This document shows positions 1-10,060 of a DNA stretch of 64,000 nucleotides, one piece after another (the stretch's first letter is position 1; each line of letters opens with the position of its first letter). The notes under the pieces are model-generated. The model had not been told where the DNA came from. It saw only the letters and a program-made list of their open reading frames with translations, and did not search any database. Origin of the DNA: Candidatus Poribacteria bacterium (lineage in GTDB: Bacteria > Poribacteria > WGA-4E > WGA-3G). The stretch spans positions 1,504,001 through 1,568,000 of the forward strand of contig OZ240248.1 in assembly GCA_965198235.1 (NCBI GenBank), written 5' to 3'. Made by a program: the position numbers and the translations under genes.

Positions 1-360
1 TCTCCTGCCTATACTGCGTGTCCCGACTACCACGACGGATTCAATGGTTTGAATGGGAGCAAGACTGACTATTGCTTCGGCTTGTCCCGCAGTGGTATTA
101 ATGCGTTTGCTCGAAAATCCGATTGCTGTTACAATCAGCGACTGCGCGCCTGTCACATCGCTGAACAGAGCAGCTCCGGATGCGTCGGTTTTTTGTTCTT
201 GGTTTCCGATTTGTACTTTCGCTTCTGATATAGCATTTCCATTCTGATCTTGAACGACTACCTTGAGTGTATCTGCACTGACAGCCATCGGTATCACTGA
301 TGCGATGCCGAATAAAATGGCGACAATGTATAAGAAATACCGTTTATTTGAAATTGCCAT
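1..360 (-). CDS. TonB-dependent receptor, N-terminal part (runs off the window edge; not in ORF track)
   Basis: Manual translation from ATG at 360 gives MAISNKRYFLYIVAILFGIASVIPMAVSA (signal peptide), a carboxypeptidase-regulatory-like domain (VVQDQNGNAISEAKV...TDASG...VTAIGF), then TonB-box-like IESVVVVGTRS. The frame is open to position 1. Confidence 0.75.
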   Translation of the reverse strand, partial: MAISNKRYFLYIVAILFGIASVIPMAVSADTLKVVVQDQNGNAISEAKVQIGNQEQKTDASGAALFSDVTGAQSLIVTAIGFSSKRINTTAGQAEAIVSLAPIQTIESVVVVGTRSIGRR

Positions 361-702
361 TTAGTTTTTCCTTTGCTTGTGGTTTGGAAGGGTGGAAGAT
401 TGGAAGCGTAGGCATCCCTATCCTTCCATCCTTCAATATCTGCTTTGTGCCCAAGTCCTGACAGTTTAATTATGTATTGTTTTTTCGTAAAATGCAAATT
501 AAAGTTGCGAAAATGTGGAATATCAGTTTTTTTAACCACAAACTCTGCTTTTATGCTAAAATGAATATGAATTCTAACAATTTTTGACCCTAATAGACAG
601 AATTTCTGTACAGAGTATGATTGTTTCCAGTTCCCTTGATACGTATCGAAAACCCGTTTTTGACAACGGAAAAAACGGAGCGAAAACTTAATCGTTAAAA
701 GA

Positions 703-2335
703 ATGCACGGCTTGATGATGAACTATCCATTGACGCTTGCGCAGATTTTGGAACATGCGCACCGTATACACGGCAGTAAGCGAGTTACCACACTCCTACC
801 CGATCAGACGTTCCATGGTTACAACTACTACTGAGTTGTATGAGCGCGTGAAGCGGTTGGCGAACGCTATCACGCAATTGGGTGTTATACAGCCGAGTGA
901 CAGAGTTGGGACGTACGCTTCCAATACTTATCAGCATCTGGAACTCTACTATGCGATTCCGTGCATCGGTGCTGTGCTTCATCCGCTCAATGTTCGTCTC
1001 ACTGCCGTTCAATTGGCGCAGATCGTGCACGAGGCAAAGGACAAGGTTATTTTTGTAGATGGCGCATTTGCCGAGCAGTTTGAGGAACTACGAGAGAAAA
1101 TTGAATGTAAGCAAGTTGTCCACTTTAATCCGAGTTCCACGCATTCTGGTGTTGCTTATGAGCAGCTGCTCTCTGAAATCGAGCCAGTCTATTCATGGAA
1201 TATCCGTGACGAAAACTTGGCAATGGGGCTTTGTTACACCAGTGGGACGCAAGGGGAGCCTCGCGGTGTGCTCTACACCCATCGCTCCATGTTTCTTCAC
1301 ACGCTTGCTGTGAATCAAGCCGATGTCTTCGGATTAACAGAGGCAGATGTCGTGATGCCGCTTGTCCCGATGTTCCATGCGATGGCGTGGGGACTGCCTT
1401 ATGCATCTATGTTCGCTGGTGCAGATATAGTGCTTCCCGGTGCTAAGCCCGCGTGCCTCGCAGACCTCATTGCTGAGACAGGTGTCACCGTCGCTGCAGG
1501 AATTCCAACGGTCTGGGCAAAGGTTTATCCTGAATTATGCAGAAGGAAGCGGGATGTCTCCACGTTGCGACGATTGATAGTTGGGGGTGAGGCGATGCCA
1601 CCTACACTCATTGAAGCCTACGAAAAGAATCTCGGTGTTGAGATTTGCCACGCTTGGGGAATGACCGAGATGTCGCCAACGGGTACGTTCTCGAAACTGC
1701 GTGGGGCACATCAAAATTTGTCAGATACTGAAAAATGGCGGATTAAAGCGAAGCAAGGAAGGCCAATACCGGGTGTTGAACTCCGCCTCGCAGCTGAAAC
1801 ATCTAACGGTTTCACGAAACTCCCTTGGAATGGCGAGGCAGTCGGGGAACTGCAAGTGCGGAGTCCATGGACAGCAAGCCGTTACTACAACACTGAGCCT
1901 ACTACAGAACATTTCACTGCCGACGGATGGTTACGCACGGGGGATGTTGCCACTATTGACGTAGACGGTTACATGCAGATTGTGGACCGCGCGAAAGCAC
2001 TCATCCGAAGTGGCGGAGAGTCTATTTCAAGTGTTGCCTTAGAAACTTCACTCCTAAAGCACCCGTCCGTTCTTGAGGCGGCAGTTATCGGTGTGCCTCA
2101 TGAACAGTGGGGTGAACGTCCACTCGCTGTCGTTGCACTTTCACAGCGGATAGATACGGACATCTCAGATGACCTTGAGCAACACCTCTCTGTTGAGTTC
2201 CCAAAGTTTTGGATTCCTGACCGGTTTGTCGTTGTTGATGAAATCCCGAAAACAAGCGTCGGAAAATCTGATAAGCGAGCCCTTTTGGCGCAGCTTGCAA
2301 TGCCGGGGTCCCCGCCCGTTACTGGGAAGGGGTAA
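703..2335 (+). pseudogene. Long-chain fatty acid-CoA ligase with a +1 frameshift near the 5' end (pseudogene or sequence error)
   Basis: ATG 703 gives MHGLMMNYPLTLAQILEHAHRIHG...FHGYNYY* (stop 832-834). The body (TELYERVKRLANA, YTSGTQGEPRG, WGMTE, LRTGD, PKTSVGK) continues in another frame from 830. Confidence 0.8.
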
Positions 2336-2522
2336 ACTTGCTTGAGAAGAGACAAGTGTCCGCGCCTACGTGTAAAAATTAGGGGTTACGCATTATGCAT
2401 CGCCAAAAAGTTTAATCATAACCAATGTGCTGAAACTTATCGAAAGCCCGATTTTGACAGGCTTCCCTTTATGGAAAGGGAAAATCGGAGCGAAAATCCA
2501 ATCGTTAGAACGGAGAATTCTC

Positions 2523-3560
2523 ATGAAAATGAAAGCCGCTATCTACACAGGCATTGAAGAGATTGAAATTCGTGAGGTCGAACGGAACGAACCACCTCCG
2601 GGCTTTGTACTCGTTGACACAAGACAGACCGGTATTTGTGGAAGTGACCTGCACAGTTATTTTGGGCATTGGGGACAATCGCATGAACATGCCGCAGGGC
2701 ATGAGACATGTGGCATAGTCGTGGCACTCGGCGATGGTGTAACGGAATTTGACATTGGCGACAGGGTCGCCGTGGAATGTTTTGCACACTGCGGCACCTG
2801 CAAGTATTGCGAAACCGGCCAGTACAATCTCTGCTTCAATAGAGCCGGGATCTCTCCGAGTATGCACGGCGGATTCGCTGAATACACGTCGACGCACCAT
2901 TCCGGGTTGTTTAAAATACCGAAACAGATGACGTTTGAGCAGGGAGCACTCGTTGAACCGCTCGCTGTTTCACATCGTGCTATAGCGCGGACAGGTGCCA
3001 ATTCCAGAGACACAGTCGCAATTATCGGCGGCGGTACTATCGGACAATTCTGCTTGGCGGATGCAGTTGCCGCCGGTCTGAAAGAGACGTTGATTACTGT
3101 CAAGTATGAACAACAGGCAGAACTGGCAAAAGCACTCGGCGCGGATCACGTCGTGAACATCAGCGACACCGACGCGCGAGAATACGTCAAGGATGTCACA
3201 AACGGTATCGGTTTTGATGCAGTGGTTGAAACAGTAGGAGGGGCAGAGAATTTCGACACTGCCATGACTATCGTTAGAAAACAAGGGGCTGTTGTCCTCG
3301 TTGCAGGATACTACAAACCGCTTGAGGTGAATCTCTCTACTATCGTCTGGTCGGAGGCAACCATTACGGGTTCTAACTGCTACGGTTATAGTGGGATGGA
3401 GACCGACTTTGAGGCGGCAATTGAGTTGATTGACTCCGGCAAGGTCGATGCTACAAAATTGGTGACACACTACTATCCGCTTGAAGAGATTGCTGAAGCG
3501 TTCCGGGTGTCTGCCGATAAGACCTCCGGCGCAGTTAAAGTGCATGTCTCTCAGGAATAG
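2523..3560 (+). CDS. Zn-dependent (MDR) alcohol/polyol dehydrogenase
   Basis: GICGSDLH, GHE, structural Zn site CGTCKYC...C, GGGTIG. GGAG precedes ATG 2523. Confidence 0.9.
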   Translation: MKMKAAIYTGIEEIEIREVERNEPPPGFVLVDTRQTGICGSDLHSYFGHWGQSHEHAAGHETCGIVVALGDGVTEFDIGDRVAVECFAHCGTCKYCETGQYNLCFNRAGISPSMHGGFAEYTSTHHSGLFKIPKQMTFEQGALVEPLAVSHRAIARTGANSRDTVAIIGGGTIGQFCLADAVAAGLKETLITVKYEQQAELAKALGADHVVNISDTDAREYVKDVTNGIGFDAVVETVGGAENFDTAMTIVRKQGAVVLVAGYYKPLEVNLSTIVWSEATITGSNCYGYSGMETDFEAAIELIDSGKVDATKLVTHYYPLEEIAEAFRVSADKTSGAVKVHVSQE

Positions 3561-3697
3561 TATCGCGTTGATTTGCTGGTGGGTTTAGAATTCCACCAGC
3601 AAAAGCGAAGGCACCCCTGGTAGGAGAGGTTTCCAACCTCACCGGTTCACAGTATATCAGTAATTGTGAAATTTACTATAAAAGGATTTTATACAAA

Positions 3698-4423
3698 ATG
3701 CAGAATGGAAATCACGCATTGAACACCGAAGAAAGGGAACAGTTTTGGCGACAGGGCTACCTCGGTCCTTACAAGCTCTGTAGTTCTCAAGAGATGCTCA
3801 ACACGCATTCGGAAATCGAGAAAGTACTTGAGACTGCGCCGCCGGATCACAACCAATTGGAGCATAACCGCCATCTTGATTCTGTATTAATTCATAATCT
3901 CGCCACGCATCCGGCTATCATCAAACGGATGGCATCTCTCTACGGGCCCGATCTTCTGCTCTGGCGAACGAACTTTTTCATCAAGGAACCCGGCGCGAGA
4001 GAGATTCCGTGGCATCAAGACTTCAACTACTGGCCCCTTGAACCACCTATTATTATTTCTGCCTGGATTGCTGTCGATTCCGCAACATTAGAAAATAGTT
4101 GTCTCCAAATCGTTCCCGGTTCACACCGTAAAGTCGTCCCGCACGTGAAAGCAACCTCGGATATGGCGTTCAATCAGATGGGTGACCTCGGGTTCATTGA
4201 TACCACCACTATTGCCAACCTTGAGATGCAACCGGGCGAATTTATCCTCTTTAATGAGCGCACCTTGCATCACTCGGAGGCAAATCGCTCTGATAAACGG
4301 CGTATCGGTTTAGCTGTTCGGGTCATCCTGCCGATTGTTAAAGTTTTCGATTGGGATGCGCCCGAGCACAAACTCATTGTCGTTCACGGTGAAGATCCCG
4401 TGCAATTTAATCACAGGGATTAA
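3698..4423 (+). CDS. Phytanoyl-CoA dioxygenase (PhyH) family Fe/2-OG oxygenase
   Basis: PWHQD, WIAVD..T.ENSCLQIVPGSH, LHHSEANRSDKRR. Confidence 0.9.
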   Translation: MQNGNHALNTEEREQFWRQGYLGPYKLCSSQEMLNTHSEIEKVLETAPPDHNQLEHNRHLDSVLIHNLATHPAIIKRMASLYGPDLLLWRTNFFIKEPGAREIPWHQDFNYWPLEPPIIISAWIAVDSATLENSCLQIVPGSHRKVVPHVKATSDMAFNQMGDLGFIDTTTIANLEMQPGEFILFNERTLHHSEANRSDKRRIGLAVRVILPIVKVFDWDAPEHKLIVVHGEDPVQFNHRD

Positions 4424-4495
4424 ACAACGCGCTTTATGCTTATTCATCTATGGAATCAAGTGTTGTATTATTGATTAAAAAGGAGAAACGTTAAA

Positions 4496-5503
4496 ATGAA
4501 TCGTCAAATTACCCTCGCTTCCCGACCCGTAGGGTACCCAAAGGAGTCGGACTTTAACTTGGTTGAGGTACCGATTCCAACACCTGAAGATGGAGAGGTG
4601 TTGGTACAGACTCTCTACCTCTCGGTTGATCCATATATGCGGGGACGGATTAATGCAGCGAAATCTTACGCCGCCAACGTGGAAATTGATGAGGTTATGA
4701 TCGGTAGTGTGATCGCTCAGGTTGTCGCATCGAAGCATCCCAATTTTGAGGTGGGTGATATCGTCAACGCGGGTATCGGATGGCAGGAATACGGTGTTGC
4801 TACCGGCGATGGCTTAAGGAAGATTGATCCGACAATCGCACCTATCTCAACGGGTGGAGGGATTCTCGGTATGCCCGGTCTAACAGCCTACTTCGGCTTG
4901 CTTGAAGTTGGGAAGCTTCAAGAACGGGAGACCGTGTTTGTCTCTGGTGCCGCTGGCGCAGTCGGTTCCGTCGTCGGACAGATCGCAAAAATTAAGGGAT
5001 GTCGGGTTGTCGGTTCCGCCGGAACCGATGAAAAAGTCGATTATATCGTCGATGAACTCGGATTTGATGAGGCTTTTAATTATAAAGAGGTTACCGATTA
5101 TCACGAAGAACTCCAAAGACTTCTTCCTGATGGCATTGATGTCTATTTTGATAACGTCGGTGGAGTTATCACGGATGCCGTTTTCCCCAATTTAAGAATC
5201 AAAGGACGCGTCGTCATCTGTGGGCAGATTTCACAGTATAACTTAGAGAAACCGGAGACAGGACCCCGTTTCCTCTGGAATATGATCACCAAACGCGCGA
5301 GAATCGAAGGTTTCCTCGTCTCTGAGTTCGCTGATCGGCACGCAAAAGCACTCGTTGAGATGGCAGAGTGGTTACGACAGGGCAAGTTGAAATACCATGA
5401 GACGATTGAAGAAGGTGGAATCGAAAGCGCACCCGCGGCGTTCATTAGCATGCTCAAAGGCGGCAATATTGGAAAGCAACTCGTTAAAATCGCTGATTTT
5501 TAA
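4496..5503 (+). CDS. NADP-dependent oxidoreductase (prostaglandin reductase/CurA-like)
   Basis: LSVDPYMRG, GMPGLTAYFGL, SGAAGAVGS, DVYFDNVGG, CGQISQYN. Confidence 0.92.
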   Translation: MNRQITLASRPVGYPKESDFNLVEVPIPTPEDGEVLVQTLYLSVDPYMRGRINAAKSYAANVEIDEVMIGSVIAQVVASKHPNFEVGDIVNAGIGWQEYGVATGDGLRKIDPTIAPISTGGGILGMPGLTAYFGLLEVGKLQERETVFVSGAAGAVGSVVGQIAKIKGCRVVGSAGTDEKVDYIVDELGFDEAFNYKEVTDYHEELQRLLPDGIDVYFDNVGGVITDAVFPNLRIKGRVVICGQISQYNLEKPETGPRFLWNMITKRARIEGFLVSEFADRHAKALVEMAEWLRQGKLKYHETIEEGGIESAPAAFISMLKGGNIGKQLVKIADF

Positions 5504-5651
5504 TTTATGGGCTCCTGGGCACCGCTCCATTCCATTACGCGGTGGTTTTCGGTGAATTAAAAAACCTGATTTAGATTGGAAATGGTTTCTTAACGATTGG
5601 AAATCTGCCCGTAATGGAATGGAGGGTAGCTCAGAAATAATCAATTAAAAA

Positions 5652-6596
5652 TTAATATCCTTTTTCCTTATCAATCACACTCAGAAGCGGTTTCCCAACG
5701 AGGAGCCGTTCCAGATTATCACAGAAAAGCTCAACACTCCGGTCCAAACGGATCGGTGAGCCACCCGCAACGTGTGGTGTAATAATTACGTTCGGCAGAT
5801 CCCATAACGGGCTGTCGGCAGGCAATGGCTCTTCAGGCGTGACATCCAACCCCGCACCGCCGATACTTCCTGAAGTGAGCGCACGGAGCAGTGCCGGTCC
5901 GTCCACAATCTTACCGCGCGTGACGTTAATAAGCAGCGCATGCGATTTCATCTGTTCAAACGCCGCATCATCGAACATACCCTGCGTCTCTGGGGTCAAT
6001 GGTGCACAGATGGCAACGATGTCTGATGCCGCCAGGAGTTCATGGAATCGATCCATCTTCCAGACTTTATGAACAAACGAGGGTGCCTCAACGGTCTCTG
6101 GATCCACAGCGATGACGCGCATATCGAACCCTTGTGCGCGGCGCGCAACGTCAATCCCCGTGCCACCGAGTCCGACAATCCCTAACGTCTGTTCGCTTAA
6201 CTCCCACGTCGCCAGACGGATCGACATCCGATTATCCCACGTCCGCTCGCGGACCGAACGTCCGACACCTCGGAGGAGACCGAGGAGTAAAGCCCATGTC
6301 TGATCTGCCAGATGTGGACCAACAAACCCTTTCGCGCTCGTTAGGATAACATCGCTTTCAACAAACTCCGGAAACAGCAAGCCATCAACACCAGCCGAAA
6401 GCACTTGTACCCATTTCAGTTGTTTCGCATTTTCAAAAAGTGAGCGATTGAACCCACCGAGCACAATGTCGGTATCCACAATTTCGCGCAGTGCCGCTTC
6501 TGAATTCTGTGGGGGCACAAGCGAAAGGTCGTTAGAAACCGATTCGATCTGCTGCTGTTGTTCGGGCGTAATATCGGTGTTAATCAAAATTTTCAT
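5652..6596 (-). CDS. D-isomer-specific 2-hydroxyacid dehydrogenase
   Basis: GIVGLGGTG, INVTRG, AGLDV..EEPL, ITPHVAG. Confidence 0.92.
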   Translation of the reverse strand: MKILINTDITPEQQQQIESVSNDLSLVPPQNSEAALREIVDTDIVLGGFNRSLFENAKQLKWVQVLSAGVDGLLFPEFVESDVILTSAKGFVGPHLADQTWALLLGLLRGVGRSVRERTWDNRMSIRLATWELSEQTLGIVGLGGTGIDVARRAQGFDMRVIAVDPETVEAPSFVHKVWKMDRFHELLAASDIVAICAPLTPETQGMFDDAAFEQMKSHALLINVTRGKIVDGPALLRALTSGSIGGAGLDVTPEEPLPADSPLWDLPNVIITPHVAGGSPIRLDRSVELFCDNLERLLVGKPLLSVIDKEKGY

Positions 6597-6690
6597 TTGA
6601 CATCTCTCCTGTATCGTGGTATTCTATATACAATACAAAACAACGAGATTCCTACTAAAAACACATTTCTCAAAAAAGGAGAATCCTGTC

Positions 6691-7236
6691 GTGATTGCTT
6701 CATCTTTTATACATACGCGTAAAAGATACGTACATTCCGTTTCTATTCCTATCTTCGCCATGAGTCTCTTTCTCACTGCGATCTTCATTGCCAGTTGCGG
6801 CGACGAAGGCGACATCACTGAAGACACCGCCGGTATGACGGATGTCCTCCAACCCACTACAACGCCTCCTACTGCTCAGACACCGGTACCTCCAGGAGAA
6901 CCGGGGGGTGTTGAGCAACCAGTCATCGAAGAGCCTGTTGTTCCAGATCTACCGAAAACTTCCTTCAAGGATGACATTCAGCCTATACTCGCTGAACGCT
7001 GTGCCATTGCAGGGTGCCACGCCGCACCCGGTGCCGCGGGGCTTGACCTCAGCAAATACGATACCTTCAAGAAGGGTGGCGCGAACGGTCCCGCATTCGT
7101 CGCTGGCAATGGTAACGGAAGTCTTGTCGTCAAACGCATTGATGGCGGTGGCATGCCCCTCATTCCCCCACCTTTAAACGCTGACCAGGTCCAACTTTTC
7201 ATTGATTGGATTGATGAAGGTGCCGGGAATAATTAA
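6691..7236 (+). CDS. Lipoprotein with C-terminal c-type cytochrome domain (planctomycete cytochrome c-like)
   Basis: AAGGAG before GTG 6691. Lipobox IASC, Pro/Thr-rich linker, SF.DDIQPILAERCAIAGCH (CX4CH), GGMP, WIDEGA. Confidence 0.8.
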   Translation: MIASSFIHTRKRYVHSVSIPIFAMSLFLTAIFIASCGDEGDITEDTAGMTDVLQPTTTPPTAQTPVPPGEPGGVEQPVIEEPVVPDLPKTSFKDDIQPILAERCAIAGCHAAPGAAGLDLSKYDTFKKGGANGPAFVAGNGNGSLVVKRIDGGGMPLIPPPLNADQVQLFIDWIDEGAGNN

Positions 7237-7290
7237 TATTACAGTAGCATAGCATTTCTACTCCCTTCTGTCAAGTCGAAAAATGGATAT

Positions 7291-7404
7291 AGGACTTACG
7301 CAATTTTCTTATGAGGATCTACGTGCCACACGCCGCCGACGAGGTTTCTTGGGGAAACACCCCAGCAAAAACACCTCGCCAGCAAAGGACACTGCGTAAG
7401 TCCT
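7291..7404. repeat. MITE-like element with 12-bp terminal inverted repeats
   Basis: AGGACTTACGCA...TGCGTAAGTCCT. Confidence 0.75.
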
Positions 7405-7634
7405 GTGGATATTAGGGTCATTTCAGAGGCATTCAGTTCCCCTGAAACGCTCTTGTGGGAGGGGTTTGTAACCCCGATTTTCCCGTAGATGGGGCACGAG
7501 GGTTCCCCAAAAATCCGAAATCCGTGTCATCCGCGATAATCCACGATCAGATCTCGCTGTTGCCGGAAACGTCCTCTATATCGGCACAGAACACCGTGGG
7601 CTCCTACGTTTATCGCTGCACAGCCTTTAATTTC

Positions 7635-7748
7635 AGGACTTACGCACAACGCGAATATTGAAGGATGGAAGGATGGGGACTTCCTCACGCTTCCAATCTT
7701 CCAGTCTTCTGATCCCGGAAGTAAACGAACGGATTTTGCGTAAGTCCT
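7635..7748. repeat. MITE-like element, same terminal inverted repeats, different interior
   Basis: AGGACTTACGCA...TGCGTAAGTCCT. The interior is an inverted relative of 386-440. Confidence 0.75.
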
Positions 7749-7816
7749 ATTGATGTTTTTTAGAACTGAATGCGGATTACCCTACCACCGAAGTTAATGT
7801 TCCCAATTTATTTTTA

Positions 7817-7845
7817 TTGACAGAAATATGCATTTTTGCTATATT
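7817..7845 (+). promoter_or_regulatory. Sigma70-type promoter for the 7965 gene
   Basis: TTGACA-17 nt-TATATT, with TG before the -10 box. Confidence 0.7.
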
Positions 7846-7964
7846 TTAGACAACGATTTCGCCAGAAATCGTCCTATTTGTGGAAGTCTGTCTTTGCAAG
7901 ACGGAAATGAATGTGGCACAGACGACTTAACTTGCGGAAAATCAACCAATAAAGGAGTAAAATA

Positions 7965-8789
7965 ATGACAAGAACCCACCTTATGGTGTTCATCGCGCTT
8001 TTTTCAATCATGCTGATTAGCCACGCGAGCGCACAGATAATTTTCTATGCTGATTTTGAAGTAAGCGGCTCTAAAGCAATCCCGGATGTCAGCGTTAATG
8101 ACCCAGGAAATTGGGAATCAGAAAACGCTGGAACCATTTGGGCGACATCAGATGAGTTCCCTGATGGCAGTGGTGCCTTGCATCAAACTGCCGAAGGATG
8201 CGGCATCTCTGGTAATACACCTTTACCCGGTGTCGACAACTTCTCCGACGGTATCATCCAAGCAGTTTTTTCATGGCAAGATGATGACGGCGTTGGTTTC
8301 CAACTCCGGCGTGTCGGCGACGACAGCGGCTATCTCGTCGCGTTCGGCTATAACGAAACACCCCAAATTATCATCGGAAGCCTCGCTGATGGATGCTGTC
8401 CTTCCGGAGAATGTCTCGACCAATGCACCTGCGAAAACGGCGGAAATGAACTCGTCGGGGTTGACCATGGCTTAGGGGGAGACCTCTCTCAAGACAACAG
8501 TGTCGCATATTTTGCACGCGTTGAAGTCACTGGAAGCCTCATCCAGGTCTGGTATATGGAACTTGACGATGCACCCGGTCTCTTTGTGGCATCTGATGAA
8601 CTCGGTGACCCCGTCGCTGAATACGACGGCGCAGATGATTTGGGACCCGGCACCGTCGGTGTCTGGCACGAAAGTTGGGGCAATGGAAGAGTCGGTAGCG
8701 TTCTCGTCACCGGTCCAGGCGGCACCACTGATGTCGACCCACACGCCAAACTCTCCACGACGTGGGGCGACGTTAAAAGCAGCTATTAG
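7965..8789 (+). CDS. Secreted Cys-rich beta-sandwich protein with KLSTTWGDVK tail (paralog 1)
   Basis: AAGGAG RBS, signal peptide ending ASA, DDD motif, GCCPSGECLDQCTC, terminal KLSTTWGDVK. Confidence 0.85.
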   Translation: MTRTHLMVFIALFSIMLISHASAQIIFYADFEVSGSKAIPDVSVNDPGNWESENAGTIWATSDEFPDGSGALHQTAEGCGISGNTPLPGVDNFSDGIIQAVFSWQDDDGVGFQLRRVGDDSGYLVAFGYNETPQIIIGSLADGCCPSGECLDQCTCENGGNELVGVDHGLGGDLSQDNSVAYFARVEVTGSLIQVWYMELDDAPGLFVASDELGDPVAEYDGADDLGPGTVGVWHESWGNGRVGSVLVTGPGGTTDVDPHAKLSTTWGDVKSSY

Positions 8790-9045
8790 TCTCCTTCCTT
8801 GATATAGACTGATACCGTAAAATCAACCTGCGTTGCAGGGCGAGGTTACCGTACCTCAGTCTCCCTGCACCGCACTACTCATCTTTGTCGGGTGAGGTCA
8901 ATGCCTCACCCAACACCACTTTAGTTTTACGATGAGGCATCTTTGGTGATACAGGTACCTAAGCAATACCCTATAGCCTCGTCACTATGCTGTTGCTTGC
9001 GAATAAACGGCAACACAACCCTTTATGAAAGCGGAGGAGACATTC

Positions 9046-9873
9046 ATGAAGACACGTTTTTTTCTCTTGATCCTTGTTTTGGGTCTACTTGTTTCATTTC
9101 ACGCCAGCGGGCAAGTTGTGTTTTATGCCGATTTTGAGCCGGGCTCCAAGGAGGCAAAACCGGATGCGGGTGTGAACGATGTCAAAAAATATAAACCGGA
9201 AAACGCCGGCACCATCTGGGGTGAGGCGGATTTCAACGGTGGCAAAATCGGTGGTAAAGGAGCGATGGCGCAAACCGCTGAGGGATGCGGCATCTCCGGT
9301 AACACAGCACTCCCTGGCGTGAAAAACTTTACCGACGGTATCATCCAAGTCGTCTTCTCGTTTGGTGATGATGATAGTTTCGGTGTGCAGTTCCGCAGAA
9401 AAGGGGACGATAAAGGGTATCTCGTCGTCTTCGGCTATAATGAGACTGCGTCCGTCCTTATCATGAGTCTGGAAGACGGGTGCTGCCCCTCTGGACAATG
9501 CCTCGATCAGTGTGGTTGTGAGAATGGCGGTAAAGAAATAGACAGTGTCCCACACGGCTTAGGCGGTGGACTCGACCAGACGAATGCTGTCGCTTATTTC
9601 GGACGCGTTGAGGTCCAAGGCAACAACGTTAAAGTCTGGTACATGAAACTTGAAGAAGTCAAAGATCTGTTCGCACCTTCCGAGGACCTCGGGGACCCAA
9701 TACTTGAATCTGACAAAGCCACTACCAAAGGGGCGGGCTCTGTTGGTGTTTGGCACGAAAGTTGGGGAATGGGCAGAATCGACAGTATTCTCGTTACAAA
9801 TGCCAACGGTTTTGATATCGATGTCAAAAACAAACTCACAACTTTATGGGGCGAGATTAAAGTCGCGTATTAG
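9046..9873 (+). CDS. Secreted Cys-rich beta-sandwich protein with KLTTLWGEIK tail (paralog 2)
   Basis: GGAGG RBS. Colinear with the 7965 protein (QTAEGCGISGN, GCCPSGQCLDQCGC, VGVWHESWG). Confidence 0.85.
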   Translation: MKTRFFLLILVLGLLVSFHASGQVVFYADFEPGSKEAKPDAGVNDVKKYKPENAGTIWGEADFNGGKIGGKGAMAQTAEGCGISGNTALPGVKNFTDGIIQVVFSFGDDDSFGVQFRRKGDDKGYLVVFGYNETASVLIMSLEDGCCPSGQCLDQCGCENGGKEIDSVPHGLGGGLDQTNAVAYFGRVEVQGNNVKVWYMKLEEVKDLFAPSEDLGDPILESDKATTKGAGSVGVWHESWGMGRIDSILVTNANGFDIDVKNKLTTLWGEIKVAY

Positions 9874-9881
9874 TATATAAT

Positions 9882-9921
9882 AGGGCGAGGGAGAAGGTTT
9901 TATCCAATCCCTCGCCCTTTT
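9882..9921 (+). terminator. Hairpin (REP-like) followed by a T-run after paralog 2; possible terminator
   Basis: AGGGCGAGGGA...TCCCTCGCCCT followed by TTTT. Confidence 0.45.
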
Positions 9922-10060
9922 CAATTCTTACGAATTTCATGCGGAGTCTCTGCGCATCACCAGAGCCGTTCAGTTCTTCTGTAGGAGCGATCTCCCGATC
10001 GCGACGCTTATCCACCGCCGCTGGCGAGGTTTCCTAACCTCGCCGATAAGGAGTCTATCC

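Noticed and set aside
53-539. ORF-track entries 53..247(+) and 294..539(-)
   Set aside because: They are shadows of the TonB-receptor frame and a GGAAG repeat, with no family motifs.
3698-4423. Fe/2-OG halogenase
   Set aside because: It retains the HxD carboxylate ligand, whereas halogenases have HxA or HxG.
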